Assembly: GCA_023438785.1 (NCBI GenBank)
Contig: JAEXQJ010000307.1
Span: 2,093-66,092, forward strand
DNA from: Pseudomonadota bacterium
Lineage (GTDB): Bacteria > Myxococcota_A > Polyangia > Fen-1088
Reading direction: 5' to 3'
Length of the DNA stretch: 64,000 nucleotides
This document shows positions 39,015-47,453 of the stretch, in pieces; positions within the stretch are counted from its first letter, which is position 1; the number at the start of each line of letters is the position of its first letter. Under the pieces are notes generated by a model that worked only from the letters and a program-made list of their open reading frames with translations, made no database searches and was not told the DNA's origin. The position numbers and the translations under genes were made by a program.

Positions 39015-40574
39015 TCAGCCTTCGGAGATCTCGGCGAAGAAGTCAGCGTCGACGAACTCCACGTTGACGTTCGCGCTGATCACTCCCACACCGTGGCGTG
39101 CGCAGGTCTCCGCGAGCGCCGGACCGTCCACCACCTCGACGGGCGGACCGGGCTGCTTCCACTCGCTGATGGCGTCGTCGGCCAGACGGCCAGCCAGAAT
39201 GAGCAGCCCCTCGTCTTGGTTGCGCGCCCGGATGCCTGCCCGCAGCTCGCCGATGGCACGGCGGCCCGCGGAGGACGACCCGGCACGTAGAGCGATGAGG
39301 CACTTCGAGGGCCGGAAGCCTCGCCCACGCAACGCCTCGACGTAGACCGTCGTCTCCACGCGCTTGACGAAGGTGGCCGGGCCAAAGCCCTCGCGCTGGA
39401 GCAACACGCGCGCGATGGCCTCGAAGGCCGCAGGAGCTAGCTCGCCCATGCGCTGCTCGATGGCCGCCATGGTCCGCTCTCGCAGGGCGCGGCGGGCTTC
39501 ACCGAAGACGTGCTCGGCCTTCTCCAGATCCGAGTCCGGAGGACGGCGCGCCAGGGCGTACAAACCGCTGCCCGCGGGCTTGATGCGCGGTCTCTGCCCC
39601 GCACGCAGCCGCTCCTTGCCCTCCGCCGCCAGGGCCGAGCGCATCACACGCCAAGCCTCGTTCGGTTCACCGTGAATCAGGCGACGGCGCACGGCCGCGT
39701 CGGCAATCTGGCGCACGTGCAGGCCTCGCCCCGGCGCCTGGCCGCGCAGGATCTCTGCCGCCGCATCGCCAGGGGCCATGATCTTGCGAGCCTGCTGGGG
39801 CGCCTCTGCGACCTGCGCCTCAGCGGCGCCGCTGGGCGCGGCGGGACGGCTCTCGGGCTCTTCGGCCTTGGCCTCACTGGGTTCCGCCTCGCTCGGCTCG
39901 CCCTCGGGAGCGGCTTCGCCGCCCTCTTCTGCACGGGCCTCCGCCTCGGGCGCTTCCTCGCCTGCCTCCGCGGACGGCGCCTCGCGCTCCTCTTCCTCTT
40001 CGCCCTCGACCGAACCTTCCAGGACGCCGGTCTCGGCCAGAGCCGCGGCTCGTGCCTCAGCGGACAGCGAGCCAATCTCGGGCTCCTCAGGACCTTCCTG
40101 GCCCTCGTGCTCCTCGGCCGACGGCGCGGCACCTGTCTCTGCGGCGGCCTCGCTGCCCTCGGTGGCTCGCTCGGCGGCTTCCGTGGTGCGCTCGGCCCCA
40201 CCCCGGCGCCGCCCCCGGCCTCCGCGCCGACGTCGCCTTCCGGTCCGGCCCTCGCCGGCTGCGGCCTGCGCCTCGCCCTTGGCGGCCGCCTCCTCCTGTG
40301 CCTCGGCGGGCGTCTCGACCTGTGGCTCGGGCTCAGGTTCGGGCGCGGCCTCCGGATAGCGAAGCAGGCCGAAAACCCCCGGCTTGACCCGAACGAACGG
40401 ATTGCCCGGCGCCTTCTTCACGGCGTTGGTGAGCTGGGTCTGCATGGTGACCTCAGGCGTTCTGCCCACGAAGGTCAACAGCTTCCGGTCCATGGCCTTC
40501 TCGGTCATCTCCTTGAAGTGCAGGGGCCGACGCTCGCGCTTCAAGATCTCAAGTGCTGCTTCCAGGAAAGTCAT
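39015..40574 (-). CDS. HARE-HTH domain protein with a long poly-acidic (E/A/G-rich) linker and a C-terminal Mrr-like restriction-endonuclease-fold domain
   Basis: N-terminus MTFLEAALEILKRERRPLHFKEMTEKAM...GLLRY is HARE-HTH. About 200 aa are highly acidic. The C-terminus (FEAIARVLLQREGFGPATFVKRV...CLIALR) has an Mrr_cat-like PD-(D/E)xK fold. Confidence 0.7.
   Translation of the reverse strand: MTFLEAALEILKRERRPLHFKEMTEKAMDRKLLTFVGRTPEVTMQTQLTNAVKKAPGNPFVRVKPGVFGLLRYPEAAPEPEPEPQVETPAEAQEEAAAKGEAQAAAGEGRTGRRRRRGGRGRRRGGAERTTEAAERATEGSEAAAETGAAPSAEEHEGQEGPEEPEIGSLSAEARAAALAETGVLEGSVEGEEEEEREAPSAEAGEEAPEAEARAEEGGEAAPEGEPSEAEPSEAKAEEPESRPAAPSGAAEAQVAEAPQQARKIMAPGDAAAEILRGQAPGRGLHVRQIADAAVRRRLIHGEPNEAWRVMRSALAAEGKERLRAGQRPRIKPAGSGLYALARRPPDSDLEKAEHVFGEARRALRERTMAAIEQRMGELAPAAFEAIARVLLQREGFGPATFVKRVETTVYVEALRGRGFRPSKCLIALRAGSSSAGRRAIGELRAGIRARNQDEGLLILAGRLADDAISEWKQPGPPVEVVDGPALAETCARHGVGVISANVNVEFVDADFFAEISEG
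39780..40360. repeat. GC-rich low-complexity coding repeat (gag/gcc/ggc-rich) encoding the poly-Glu/Ala linker of the HARE-HTH protein
   Basis: Runs of gcctcggc/ctcctc/ggcttc units are visible. Confidence 0.5.
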
Positions 40575-40684
40575 GGCGCCCCGGTCTTTACCACAAATCG
40601 GCCCGCCAGTGGCGCGACGGCACAGGGCAGATGCGCGTGAGTGCTTTTTTTGACCGCACCCGTCGCCGGGGGTACCCGTGAGGG

Positions 40685-41686
40685 ATGAGCTCGACGCGCA
40701 AAATTGGAGTGCTCCTCGGCGGTCTTTCGGTAGAGCGGGACGCCTCGATCCGGGCGGGCGAAGCGGTGCTGACCGCCCTGCGCGGCCTGGGGCACGATGC
40801 CCATCCTCTCTTCGTGGATCGGGACGTCGACATCGCGCTCCGACAGAGCCGCATCGACGTGGCCTTCTTGGCCGTGCGTGGGCGCTACGGCGCCGACGGC
40901 TGTCTGCAAGGAATGCTCGAGGTATTGGGCATCCCGTACACGGGCTCGGGGGTCCTGGCGTGCGGGCTCACCATGAATCGGGCCAAGACCAAGGACGTGC
41001 TCCGCCTGCACAACCTACCGACCGCGCCAGCCTATATCGTCAACTCCCATCAAGAGCAGAACCTGGCCGACCTTCATGGTTCTTTCGGCTTCCCCGTGGT
41101 CGTGCGACCGGTGGGGGCTTCCGTGCTCCTGGGCGGCACCCTGGCCCGGGACGAGATGGAGTTGGAGAGTGCCCTGGAGGACGTCTTCCGTCTGGAAGAC
41201 GAGGCCCTGGTCGAGCGCCTGGTGCAGGGCCACCCGCTGTGCGTGGCCGTGCTCGACGGCGAGCCATTGGGCGCGGTGGAGGTGCCACGGGCTGGCTCGT
41301 GGGTGGGACTGCGCTCGGTGGGCGCCAAGGGCCAAGAGATCTGCGCGCCATTGCGCCTCTCACCGGCGCGCCATGCCTCCGTGCTGCGTATGGCCTGCCA
41401 GGCCTACGAGGCTTTGGGCTGCGAGGGCGCGGCGTGTGTGGAGATGGTCGTCAGCGAGCGCCTCAACGAGACCATCGTCGACATCGATACGTCTCCCCTC
41501 CTCCTGCCGGGCAGCCCGTTTGCTCGCATCGCCGCCGACGCGGGCCTGGGCTTCGAGGAGTTGGTCGAGGAGCTGCTCAAGGGAGCCCGCGTGCGGGCCC
41601 ATGGATTGCGGCGCAACCGGCGTGCGACGCAGGTCGAGTTCGAGGGTCCGGACCGCCGTGCGTCGGCTGTCCCGGCCGCGCACTGA
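40685..41686 (+). CDS. ddl: D-alanine--D-alanine ligase
   Basis: KIGVLLGGLSVERDASIRAG...GRYGADGCLQGMLEVLGIPYTGSGVLA. 333 aa. GAGGGA Shine-Dalgarno. Confidence 0.92.
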   Translation: MSSTRKIGVLLGGLSVERDASIRAGEAVLTALRGLGHDAHPLFVDRDVDIALRQSRIDVAFLAVRGRYGADGCLQGMLEVLGIPYTGSGVLACGLTMNRAKTKDVLRLHNLPTAPAYIVNSHQEQNLADLHGSFGFPVVVRPVGASVLLGGTLARDEMELESALEDVFRLEDEALVERLVQGHPLCVAVLDGEPLGAVEVPRAGSWVGLRSVGAKGQEICAPLRLSPARHASVLRMACQAYEALGCEGAACVEMVVSERLNETIVDIDTSPLLLPGSPFARIAADAGLGFEELVEELLKGARVRAHGLRRNRRATQVEFEGPDRRASAVPAAH

Positions 41687-41742
41687 TCGACGATCAGCGG
41701 CGATGGCCTCATCGCCGCGGCTTTGCGGTACGATGGTCGCCC

Positions 41743-43785
41743 TTGACCCGTCGCCGCCGCACCATTTGGTTCATCGCCACGCTCGTCTCCGGCCTTCTGC
41801 TGTGCGCGGGGCTGGTGCTCCTGCGCGCCAAGATGTTGCCGCGGTTGGCGCAGCGCCTGGAGCAGGTCACCGGCCACCGCGTGGTCATCGGTGGCATCGG
41901 CATCGCGGGGTTGCGCACCCTGAGCCTGCGCGATGTGCGTGTGTTCGGCGCGCCGCCCTTCGACCGCGAACCCCTGGCCCGCATCGAGCGCCTGGACGTG
42001 CGGCTGGGTGGTCCCGGGCGCGGCGCGTGGGATGCGAGCGCCGTGACCCTGGACGGCGTGGACGTGGAGTTCCTCAGCACGGGGACCTCCGACAACTGGC
42101 GCGGCCGCCCAGGAGCCACCGTTGCATCGGCGGGACCGGCGGTCACCTCCCCGCCACGCCCGTCGCTGACCGTGAGCGTGCGCAGGGCGCGGGTGCACGG
42201 CACGGTCGTCTTGCCGCAGGCCGGGCGGATCGGCATCCGCATCGCCGACCTGTCCTTTGATCGCGGCCTGGACGGCCAGGAGAACACGTCCGCGCGAGGC
42301 GTGGTCATCGATGCGGGGCCCTTCGCGACCCTGCGCTTGCCTTCTCTGACCATCACCACCCATCGAGGAACCCCGGTGGCGTCTCAGGGCGAAGCGGCCA
42401 GTCTGAGTGTGCCGGGAGGTGGCGTGCTGGCCGAGGGCCTCACGGCGCGCGCCCAGTTTTCCGGTCAGGGCATCTCCTTCGAGCTCCAGGCCGAGGGAGC
42501 GGCGCCCATCCTCAAGCTGGCCTGTCACCTGTCGGGCGAGTTGGGCGATCTGGATCTGCAGATGGCGCGTTTGCCTTTGCGTGCCTTGGCACCCGTGCTG
42601 GAGCCTCGCGGTTTGGGGCTCGATCGGGCGGTTGCCGATGTGCACATCATGGCCTCCCTGGCCGGGGCACCACCGCGCGTCCCCTACCAGATCGACGCCG
42701 AGCTGCGGGACTTCGACATCCATCACGGGGCCGTGGATCGCGCGCCCTGGCGTGGATTGAGCGCGGAGGCACACGCCACCGGACTGCTTGACGTGGCCGG
42801 CAAACGTCTGGAGGTCGAATCGGCAGAGCTGAAGGCGCTCGGCGCTACGCTGCACATCAAGGGCTGGGCTGACTTCGCCCACGAGCCGCGCGGTGTCCTC
42901 AGCGTGACGACGCCGGCGCCCCTGCCCTGCGCGAACCTGCTGGCCGCCCAGGCCGAACCCGTGCAGCAGGTGTTGGCTGGTTTGGCACTGGATGGTTCGT
43001 TGGGCGTGTCCCTGGATCTGGGCTTCGATGCGGCGGATTGGGAGGCCTTGACCCTCAACCTGCGTTTGGATCCCCTCTGCCGGGTGAGGACCGAGCCGGG
43101 CGCGCTGTCTGCTCTGGCCATGGGGCTGGCCAGGGGGCAGCCGGCCGGCGCACCCGCGACACGGCTTCCGCTGGGGAAGTATCACCCCGATTTCGCATCG
43201 CTGAGCGAGATGCCCGCCCATCTCCCGGCTGCATTCCTGACGGCAGAGGACAGCCGTTTCTTCGCGCACAACGGGTTCGACCTGGAGATGATCCGGCGTG
43301 CCCTCGTGCAAGACCTGCAGGCCCACGCCTTCTCCCGCGGGGCCAGCACGATTTCCCAGCAACTCGCCAAGAATCTCTTCCTCTCGCCCCACCGGACGTT
43401 GGCGCGCAAGCTCGAAGAGACGGTGCTGACTTGGCGCCTGCAAAACCTGGTAGGCAAAGCGCGCATCCTCGAGCTGTATCTCAACGTCATCGAGCTGGGG
43501 CCGGGGATTCGAGGCGTCAAAGAGGCGGCCCGCGCTTACTTCGGCAAGTCGCTCGCCGAGCTGCGCCCCATCGAGTCGGCCCACTTGGCCGCGCTGACCC
43601 CCAACCCGCACGCCCTGGCCCGACGCTTTCGTGACGGCTACGTGGACGAGGGCTGGCTGCAGCGCCTCTATGATCTCTTGAGCATGATGCGACGGAGCGG
43701 GCGGCTCACGCCTGCCGATCTGGCCGCCGCTCGGGTGAGCAAACTGACGCTGCGCCGGCCGGTCAAGGACACCGCCGCGCCGTAA
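41743..43785 (+). CDS. AsmA-like N-terminal membrane-anchored protein with a C-terminal peptidoglycan glycosyltransferase (GT51 transglycosylase) domain
   Basis: Probable TTG start (M-TRRRRTIWFIATLVSGLLLCAGLVLL signal anchor). The C-terminus carries the GT51 signatures EDSRFFAHNGFD, STISQQLAKNLFLS, RKLEE, ELYLNV. The track ORF begins inside ddl in another frame. Confidence 0.7.
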   Translation: MTRRRRTIWFIATLVSGLLLCAGLVLLRAKMLPRLAQRLEQVTGHRVVIGGIGIAGLRTLSLRDVRVFGAPPFDREPLARIERLDVRLGGPGRGAWDASAVTLDGVDVEFLSTGTSDNWRGRPGATVASAGPAVTSPPRPSLTVSVRRARVHGTVVLPQAGRIGIRIADLSFDRGLDGQENTSARGVVIDAGPFATLRLPSLTITTHRGTPVASQGEAASLSVPGGGVLAEGLTARAQFSGQGISFELQAEGAAPILKLACHLSGELGDLDLQMARLPLRALAPVLEPRGLGLDRAVADVHIMASLAGAPPRVPYQIDAELRDFDIHHGAVDRAPWRGLSAEAHATGLLDVAGKRLEVESAELKALGATLHIKGWADFAHEPRGVLSVTTPAPLPCANLLAAQAEPVQQVLAGLALDGSLGVSLDLGFDAADWEALTLNLRLDPLCRVRTEPGALSALAMGLARGQPAGAPATRLPLGKYHPDFASLSEMPAHLPAAFLTAEDSRFFAHNGFDLEMIRRALVQDLQAHAFSRGASTISQQLAKNLFLSPHRTLARKLEETVLTWRLQNLVGKARILELYLNVIELGPGIRGVKEAARAYFGKSLAELRPIESAHLAALTPNPHALARRFRDGYVDEGWLQRLYDLLSMMRRSGRLTPADLAAARVSKLTLRRPVKDTAAP

Positions 43786-43821
43786 GGCCCAGCGCGACCG
43801 GGGTGCTCACGGCCTCGGCGG

Positions 43822-45378
43822 CTACCGTGCCGCGGGCGAGGGAGAGTGGCGCAGGCGGACTTCCAGCGGAGCGAGCGCCACCCCGCTCATGGCCCGCACG
43901 AGGGGATTGGATTGCGTCTGATAGCCGTTGGCGCGGAAACTGAGCGCGTAGTCTCCAGCCGGCACGCGCAGGGCGAATTCACCGTGCGGATCCGTGCTCA
44001 CGTGAACCGGGAGGCGCACGGACCGTTGCGTGGGACGCGCTTCCACCTGGGCGCCGTCGACGGGCTGGCCATCCTCGTCGAGCACGCGCCCCGTTAGGGA
44101 GACGCCGGGCCGTAGCACCGCCTCGTCCAACTCGCGACTCTCGCCGGGGCCGAGGAGAAGCGGCTCTCGGCGATAGGGCAACTTGTCCGGATGAACGAAT
44201 TCCAGGCGCGCCGGTCCCGGCGCCAGGCCCGTCAGACTGTATTCGCCCAGCAGGTTGGTGGTGGCCACGCGAGAGCTGCCCTGGAGGGCCACACTGCCCG
44301 CCGGGAGCTCGGCCGCCTCCGCCGCCGTGGGTAGGGCACCCGGAATGACGGTCAGTTCATCGCGTCCCCCCGCCAGCCTGACCACGGTCACCGCTACGCC
44401 AGCCAGGGGCATGCCCTGCTCATCGCGCACCCGGCCGGTCACGCCGGCCGCACGGGCCAGGCGCAGGTCGTACTTGGCGTGGCTGCCCGCGCTGAGCCGA
44501 GGTTCGGGCGCGTCGAGAGCGACGTGGCCCTCGGCTCTGGCCAGGATTTGGTAGCGCCCGGATGGCACGGGGCCGATCCGGTAATGGCCTGTGGCGTCCG
44601 CCACGCCGCTGGCCGGCAAATCGTCACTGGGAACGGTGAGCACGTCCACGGTGGTGCCCGCAACGGGCTCGCCTCGATCGTCCGTGACCCGTCCTTCCAC
44701 TTGCGCCCCTTGCGAAAGGACCAGACGAATCGGTGCGGATCGATCAACGCGCTCTCCTTCGTCAGTCAGGCTGATGACGGGTGAAACCCGGGGGCCGTGC
44801 GTGGCGCGAATGCTGAGTTTTCCCAGTCCCAGGCCGGTGAAGGTGAAGACACCGGCGTTGTCCGCCGTGGCCTCGCGGGGCCACCGCAGGGCGGGACCAC
44901 CCAGCACCACGCGCGCGTCGGGCCGGGGCCGACCGTCCGCGAGGACCACGCCCTGCAAGCGGCGGCTGCGCCCCTCCAGGGTCAGAACCAGCGCGCCCGC
45001 GTGGGGAACGACCTGTTCGCGCTCCAGCGTTCCGAGGCCAGCGGCCTCGGCCAACAGCGTCCACGTGCCCGGGTGCATGCGCGGCAGGACGAAGCGGCCG
45101 TCCTCGCGCGAGCGTGCCTGCACCACCGCCTTGCCGTGCTTGCCCTTGGGCCACGCGATGATCAGGGCGTCCGGCAGAGGCTCTCCCCCGCTGTCTTCGA
45201 CCACCCCCGTCAAATCGACCGGCAGGGCGACAGGTCTTGCGTCTGCCGGCGCGGGCCTGGACGGCGCAGGTGCCGAGGCTTTGCGTCTGCACGCGCTCCC
45301 GTATGAAGACGCGCAGCTCACGAGCAACGCGACAAGGACAAGCGGCCTCTGCCTCCTGGGAATGCTTGCGGTACGCAT
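43822..45378 (-). CDS. Lipoprotein with repeated carboxypeptidase-regulatory-like (CarbopepD_reg) beta-sandwich domains
   Basis: Lipobox (LLVSCASS). Repeated GxVxDxxGxPxxGAxV motifs (GVVEDSGGEPLPDALI; GRVTDDRGEPVAGTTV; GRVRDEQGMPLAGVAV; GRVLDEDGQPVDGAQV). Confidence 0.65.
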   Translation of the reverse strand: MRTASIPRRQRPLVLVALLVSCASSYGSACRRKASAPAPSRPAPADARPVALPVDLTGVVEDSGGEPLPDALIIAWPKGKHGKAVVQARSREDGRFVLPRMHPGTWTLLAEAAGLGTLEREQVVPHAGALVLTLEGRSRRLQGVVLADGRPRPDARVVLGGPALRWPREATADNAGVFTFTGLGLGKLSIRATHGPRVSPVISLTDEGERVDRSAPIRLVLSQGAQVEGRVTDDRGEPVAGTTVDVLTVPSDDLPASGVADATGHYRIGPVPSGRYQILARAEGHVALDAPEPRLSAGSHAKYDLRLARAAGVTGRVRDEQGMPLAGVAVTVVRLAGGRDELTVIPGALPTAAEAAELPAGSVALQGSSRVATTNLLGEYSLTGLAPGPARLEFVHPDKLPYRREPLLLGPGESRELDEAVLRPGVSLTGRVLDEDGQPVDGAQVEARPTQRSVRLPVHVSTDPHGEFALRVPAGDYALSFRANGYQTQSNPLVRAMSGVALAPLEVRLRHSPSPAAR

Positions 45379-45414
45379 CAGGTGGTGCTAATGGTACGCC
45401 CTCTCGGAGAACCC

Positions 45415-45606
45415 ATGTCTGCGCAGTGTGCAATTTGCGGCAAGCAGAGGCGAGTGGCCAACAACGTCAGCCACTCCAACATCAAGACCAAGTCCACGCA
45501 GCGGCCTAACCTCCAGCGTGTTCACATCAGCGTTGGAGGCTCGCGCGTTCACGTCCGCGTCTGCACCCGCTGCCTGCGCTCTGGCCGCGTCGCCAAAGCG
45601 ACGTAG
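45415..45606 (+). CDS. rpmB: 50S ribosomal protein L28
   Basis: MSAQCAICGKQRRVANNVSHSNIKTKSTQRPNLQRV. GGAGAA Shine-Dalgarno. There is no adjacent rpmG. Confidence 0.9.
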   Translation: MSAQCAICGKQRRVANNVSHSNIKTKSTQRPNLQRVHISVGGSRVHVRVCTRCLRSGRVAKAT

Positions 45607-45807
45607 TTGAGTCCGGGCGGGGGAGCTCCCGCGACCATACGCGGCCGGCCGTTCTGGCCGATCTTCGACGCGAGCGTTCAGAGGGCATTCCGCGCGCGAC
45701 GGGTGCTGTGCACTGCCGAGCAACGGGATGTTTCCGTCGCGGTCGCATGACCGCGCATGCGCTTCCGAACGGCCTGGCAAGTCCCTGCGCTTCGACGAGG
45801 CCACGGA

Positions 45808-46200
45808 TCAGTCAACCACGGCCACGGCTTCGATCTCGACCTGAGCCCCTCGTGGCAGAGCCGCCACTTGCACAGTGGAGCGCGCCGGCGGGTCGGACGA
45901 GAAGTGCGCGGCGTAGGCCTGGTTGACCAAGCCGAAGTTACCGAGGTCGGTCAAATAGATCGTGGTCTTGACCACGTCGTCTAGGGATGCGCCCGCGGCC
46001 TGCAGAACACCCGCCAGGTTGCGTATAACCTGCTGCGTTTCCAGGACCACATCGCCCTCGCCCACCATCTGACCGGTCTGCGGATCGAGCGGGATCTGGC
46101 CGGAGCAGTACACCAGGCGGCCGCCGGTGGCCACGGTGGCCTGGCTGTAGGGACCGATGGCTTGGGGGGCACGCGGGGTGGCAACCGGCTGTTTGGGCAT
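45808..46200 (-). CDS. ridA: RidA/YjgF family reactive-intermediate deaminase
   Basis: APQAIGPYSQA...GQIPLDP...TTIYLTDL...ARSTVQVAALPRGAQVEIEAVA. Start re-set to MPKQPV. Confidence 0.85.
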   Translation of the reverse strand: MPKQPVATPRAPQAIGPYSQATVATGGRLVYCSGQIPLDPQTGQMVGEGDVVLETQQVIRNLAGVLQAAGASLDDVVKTTIYLTDLGNFGLVNQAYAAHFSSDPPARSTVQVAALPRGAQVEIEAVAVVD

Positions 46201-46286
46201 CGGCGACGATGATAGCGCTGGCTCGGGTGCGAGCACGTTTTCAGATCGTTGCCAATCCGGCGACCACGGGGCTACGTTGGTGCGCT

Positions 46287-46625
46287 ATGCCTCCCTATCG
46301 ATCTCGACCTCGACGTCGCAATGCGGAGCCCGAGACGACCGCCTCGCTCATGACGACCCTCATGACGAGGCTGGGGGGCAATCACCGGGCCCGCGAGCAG
46401 CGCATCTTCGCCGCCTATTCCAGCGCGGTGGGCGAGGTGCTGGCGCGGCAGAGTCAAGCGGAGGGCGTGCGCGATACGACGCTCTTCGTGCGCGTGGACA
46501 GTTCGGCCATGGCGCACCAGGTGACTCTGCTCAAGGGCGAGATCCTCAGGCGCATGGCCCCCCAGCTCGATCCAGGCATGATCACCGACCTGCGCACGCG
46601 CGTGGGGCCCTTGCACGCCCGCTGA
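46287..46625 (+). CDS. DUF721 (DciA-like) small protein
   Basis: RIFAAYSSAVGEVLARQSQAEGVRDTTLFVRVDSSAMAHQVTLLKGEILRRM...ITDLRTRVG matches the DUF721 pattern. The start is uncertain (46287, 46350 or 46362). Confidence 0.6.
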   Translation: MPPYRSRPRRRNAEPETTASLMTTLMTRLGGNHRAREQRIFAAYSSAVGEVLARQSQAEGVRDTTLFVRVDSSAMAHQVTLLKGEILRRMAPQLDPGMITDLRTRVGPLHAR

Positions 46626-46637
46626 CCAGCGAACCGG

Positions 46638-47453
46638 TCAGCCGAGCGCGGCGCGCAGCTCAGAGACGAAGCCCTCCAGAGCGGGAACCGGATCCTTGCC
46701 CTCGTTGCGGGCTCGCTCGATCACGCGCACCGCCGCGCTGCCCACCACCACGCCGTCGGCAAAGCCGGCCACCGCGCGTACATCTGCCGGCGTGGCGATG
46801 CCAAAGCCCACGGCCACGGGCAGATGATCGCCACCGAGTCGGCGCACCTCGCGCACGCGTTCCGCGGTGCTGGCCAGATCGGGGAGCTGGGCGCCCGTGA
46901 TGCCGGTCAGCGAGACGTAGTAAAGGAATCCGCTCGCCAAGGCCGAGGCCGCCTTCACGCGCTCTGGGGTGGAGGTGGGGGCGAGCAGCGGCACCCAGTC
47001 CAGGCCCTGGGCAGCCAGCGCCTGGGCCAATTCGGGATCTTCATCGGCCGGCCAATCCACGCACAGCACCGCATCCGCGCCTGCCTGGCTGGCGAGGCCA
47101 GCAAAGGCGTTGGTGCCGCGGACGTAGAAGGGATTGGCGTAGCCGAAGAGAACCAGGGGAACGGCGCTGTTCTCCGCGCGGACGGCTCGGCATAGCTCGA
47201 GCGTGGAGCTGAGGCCCCCGCCCGCAGCGCGGGCCCTGTGCATGGCAGCCTGGATGGCCGGACCGTCGGCCGAGGGATCGCTCCACGGCACACCGACCTC
47301 CAAAACATCGGCGCCAGCGCGTGCTGCTGCCAGCATCAGGCGCCGGCTGGTATCGAAGTCGGGATCCGATGCGGTCAGATACAGGATGAGGGCCTTGCGC
47401 TTCTCCGCGCGTGCCTTGTCGAACGCGGCCCTGAGGCGACGGGGAGGCGTCAC
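46638..47453 (-). CDS. trpA: Tryptophan synthase alpha chain
   Basis: [13 protein letters not shown]...[21 protein letters not shown] start overlapping the trpB stop. Confidence 0.93.
   Translation of the reverse strand: MTPPRRLRAAFDKARAEKRKALILYLTASDPDFDTSRRLMLAAARAGADVLEVGVPWSDPSADGPAIQAAMHRARAAGGGLSSTLELCRAVRAENSAVPLVLFGYANPFYVRGTNAFAGLASQAGADAVLCVDWPADEDPELAQALAAQGLDWVPLLAPTSTPERVKAASALASGFLYYVSLTGITGAQLPDLASTAERVREVRRLGGDHLPVAVGFGIATPADVRAVAGFADGVVVGSAAVRVIERARNEGKDPVPALEGFVSELRAALG

Noticed and set aside
40678-41742. 5' part of the 1035-aa ORF in the track
   Set aside because: This frame overlaps ddl in a different frame. The real gene most likely starts at the TTG near 41743, with an R-rich N-terminus and TM anchor, just after the ddl stop.
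45607-45640. gggagctccc palindrome after rpmB as an intrinsic terminator
   Set aside because: The stem is too short (3-4 bp with a usable loop) and no T-tract follows.
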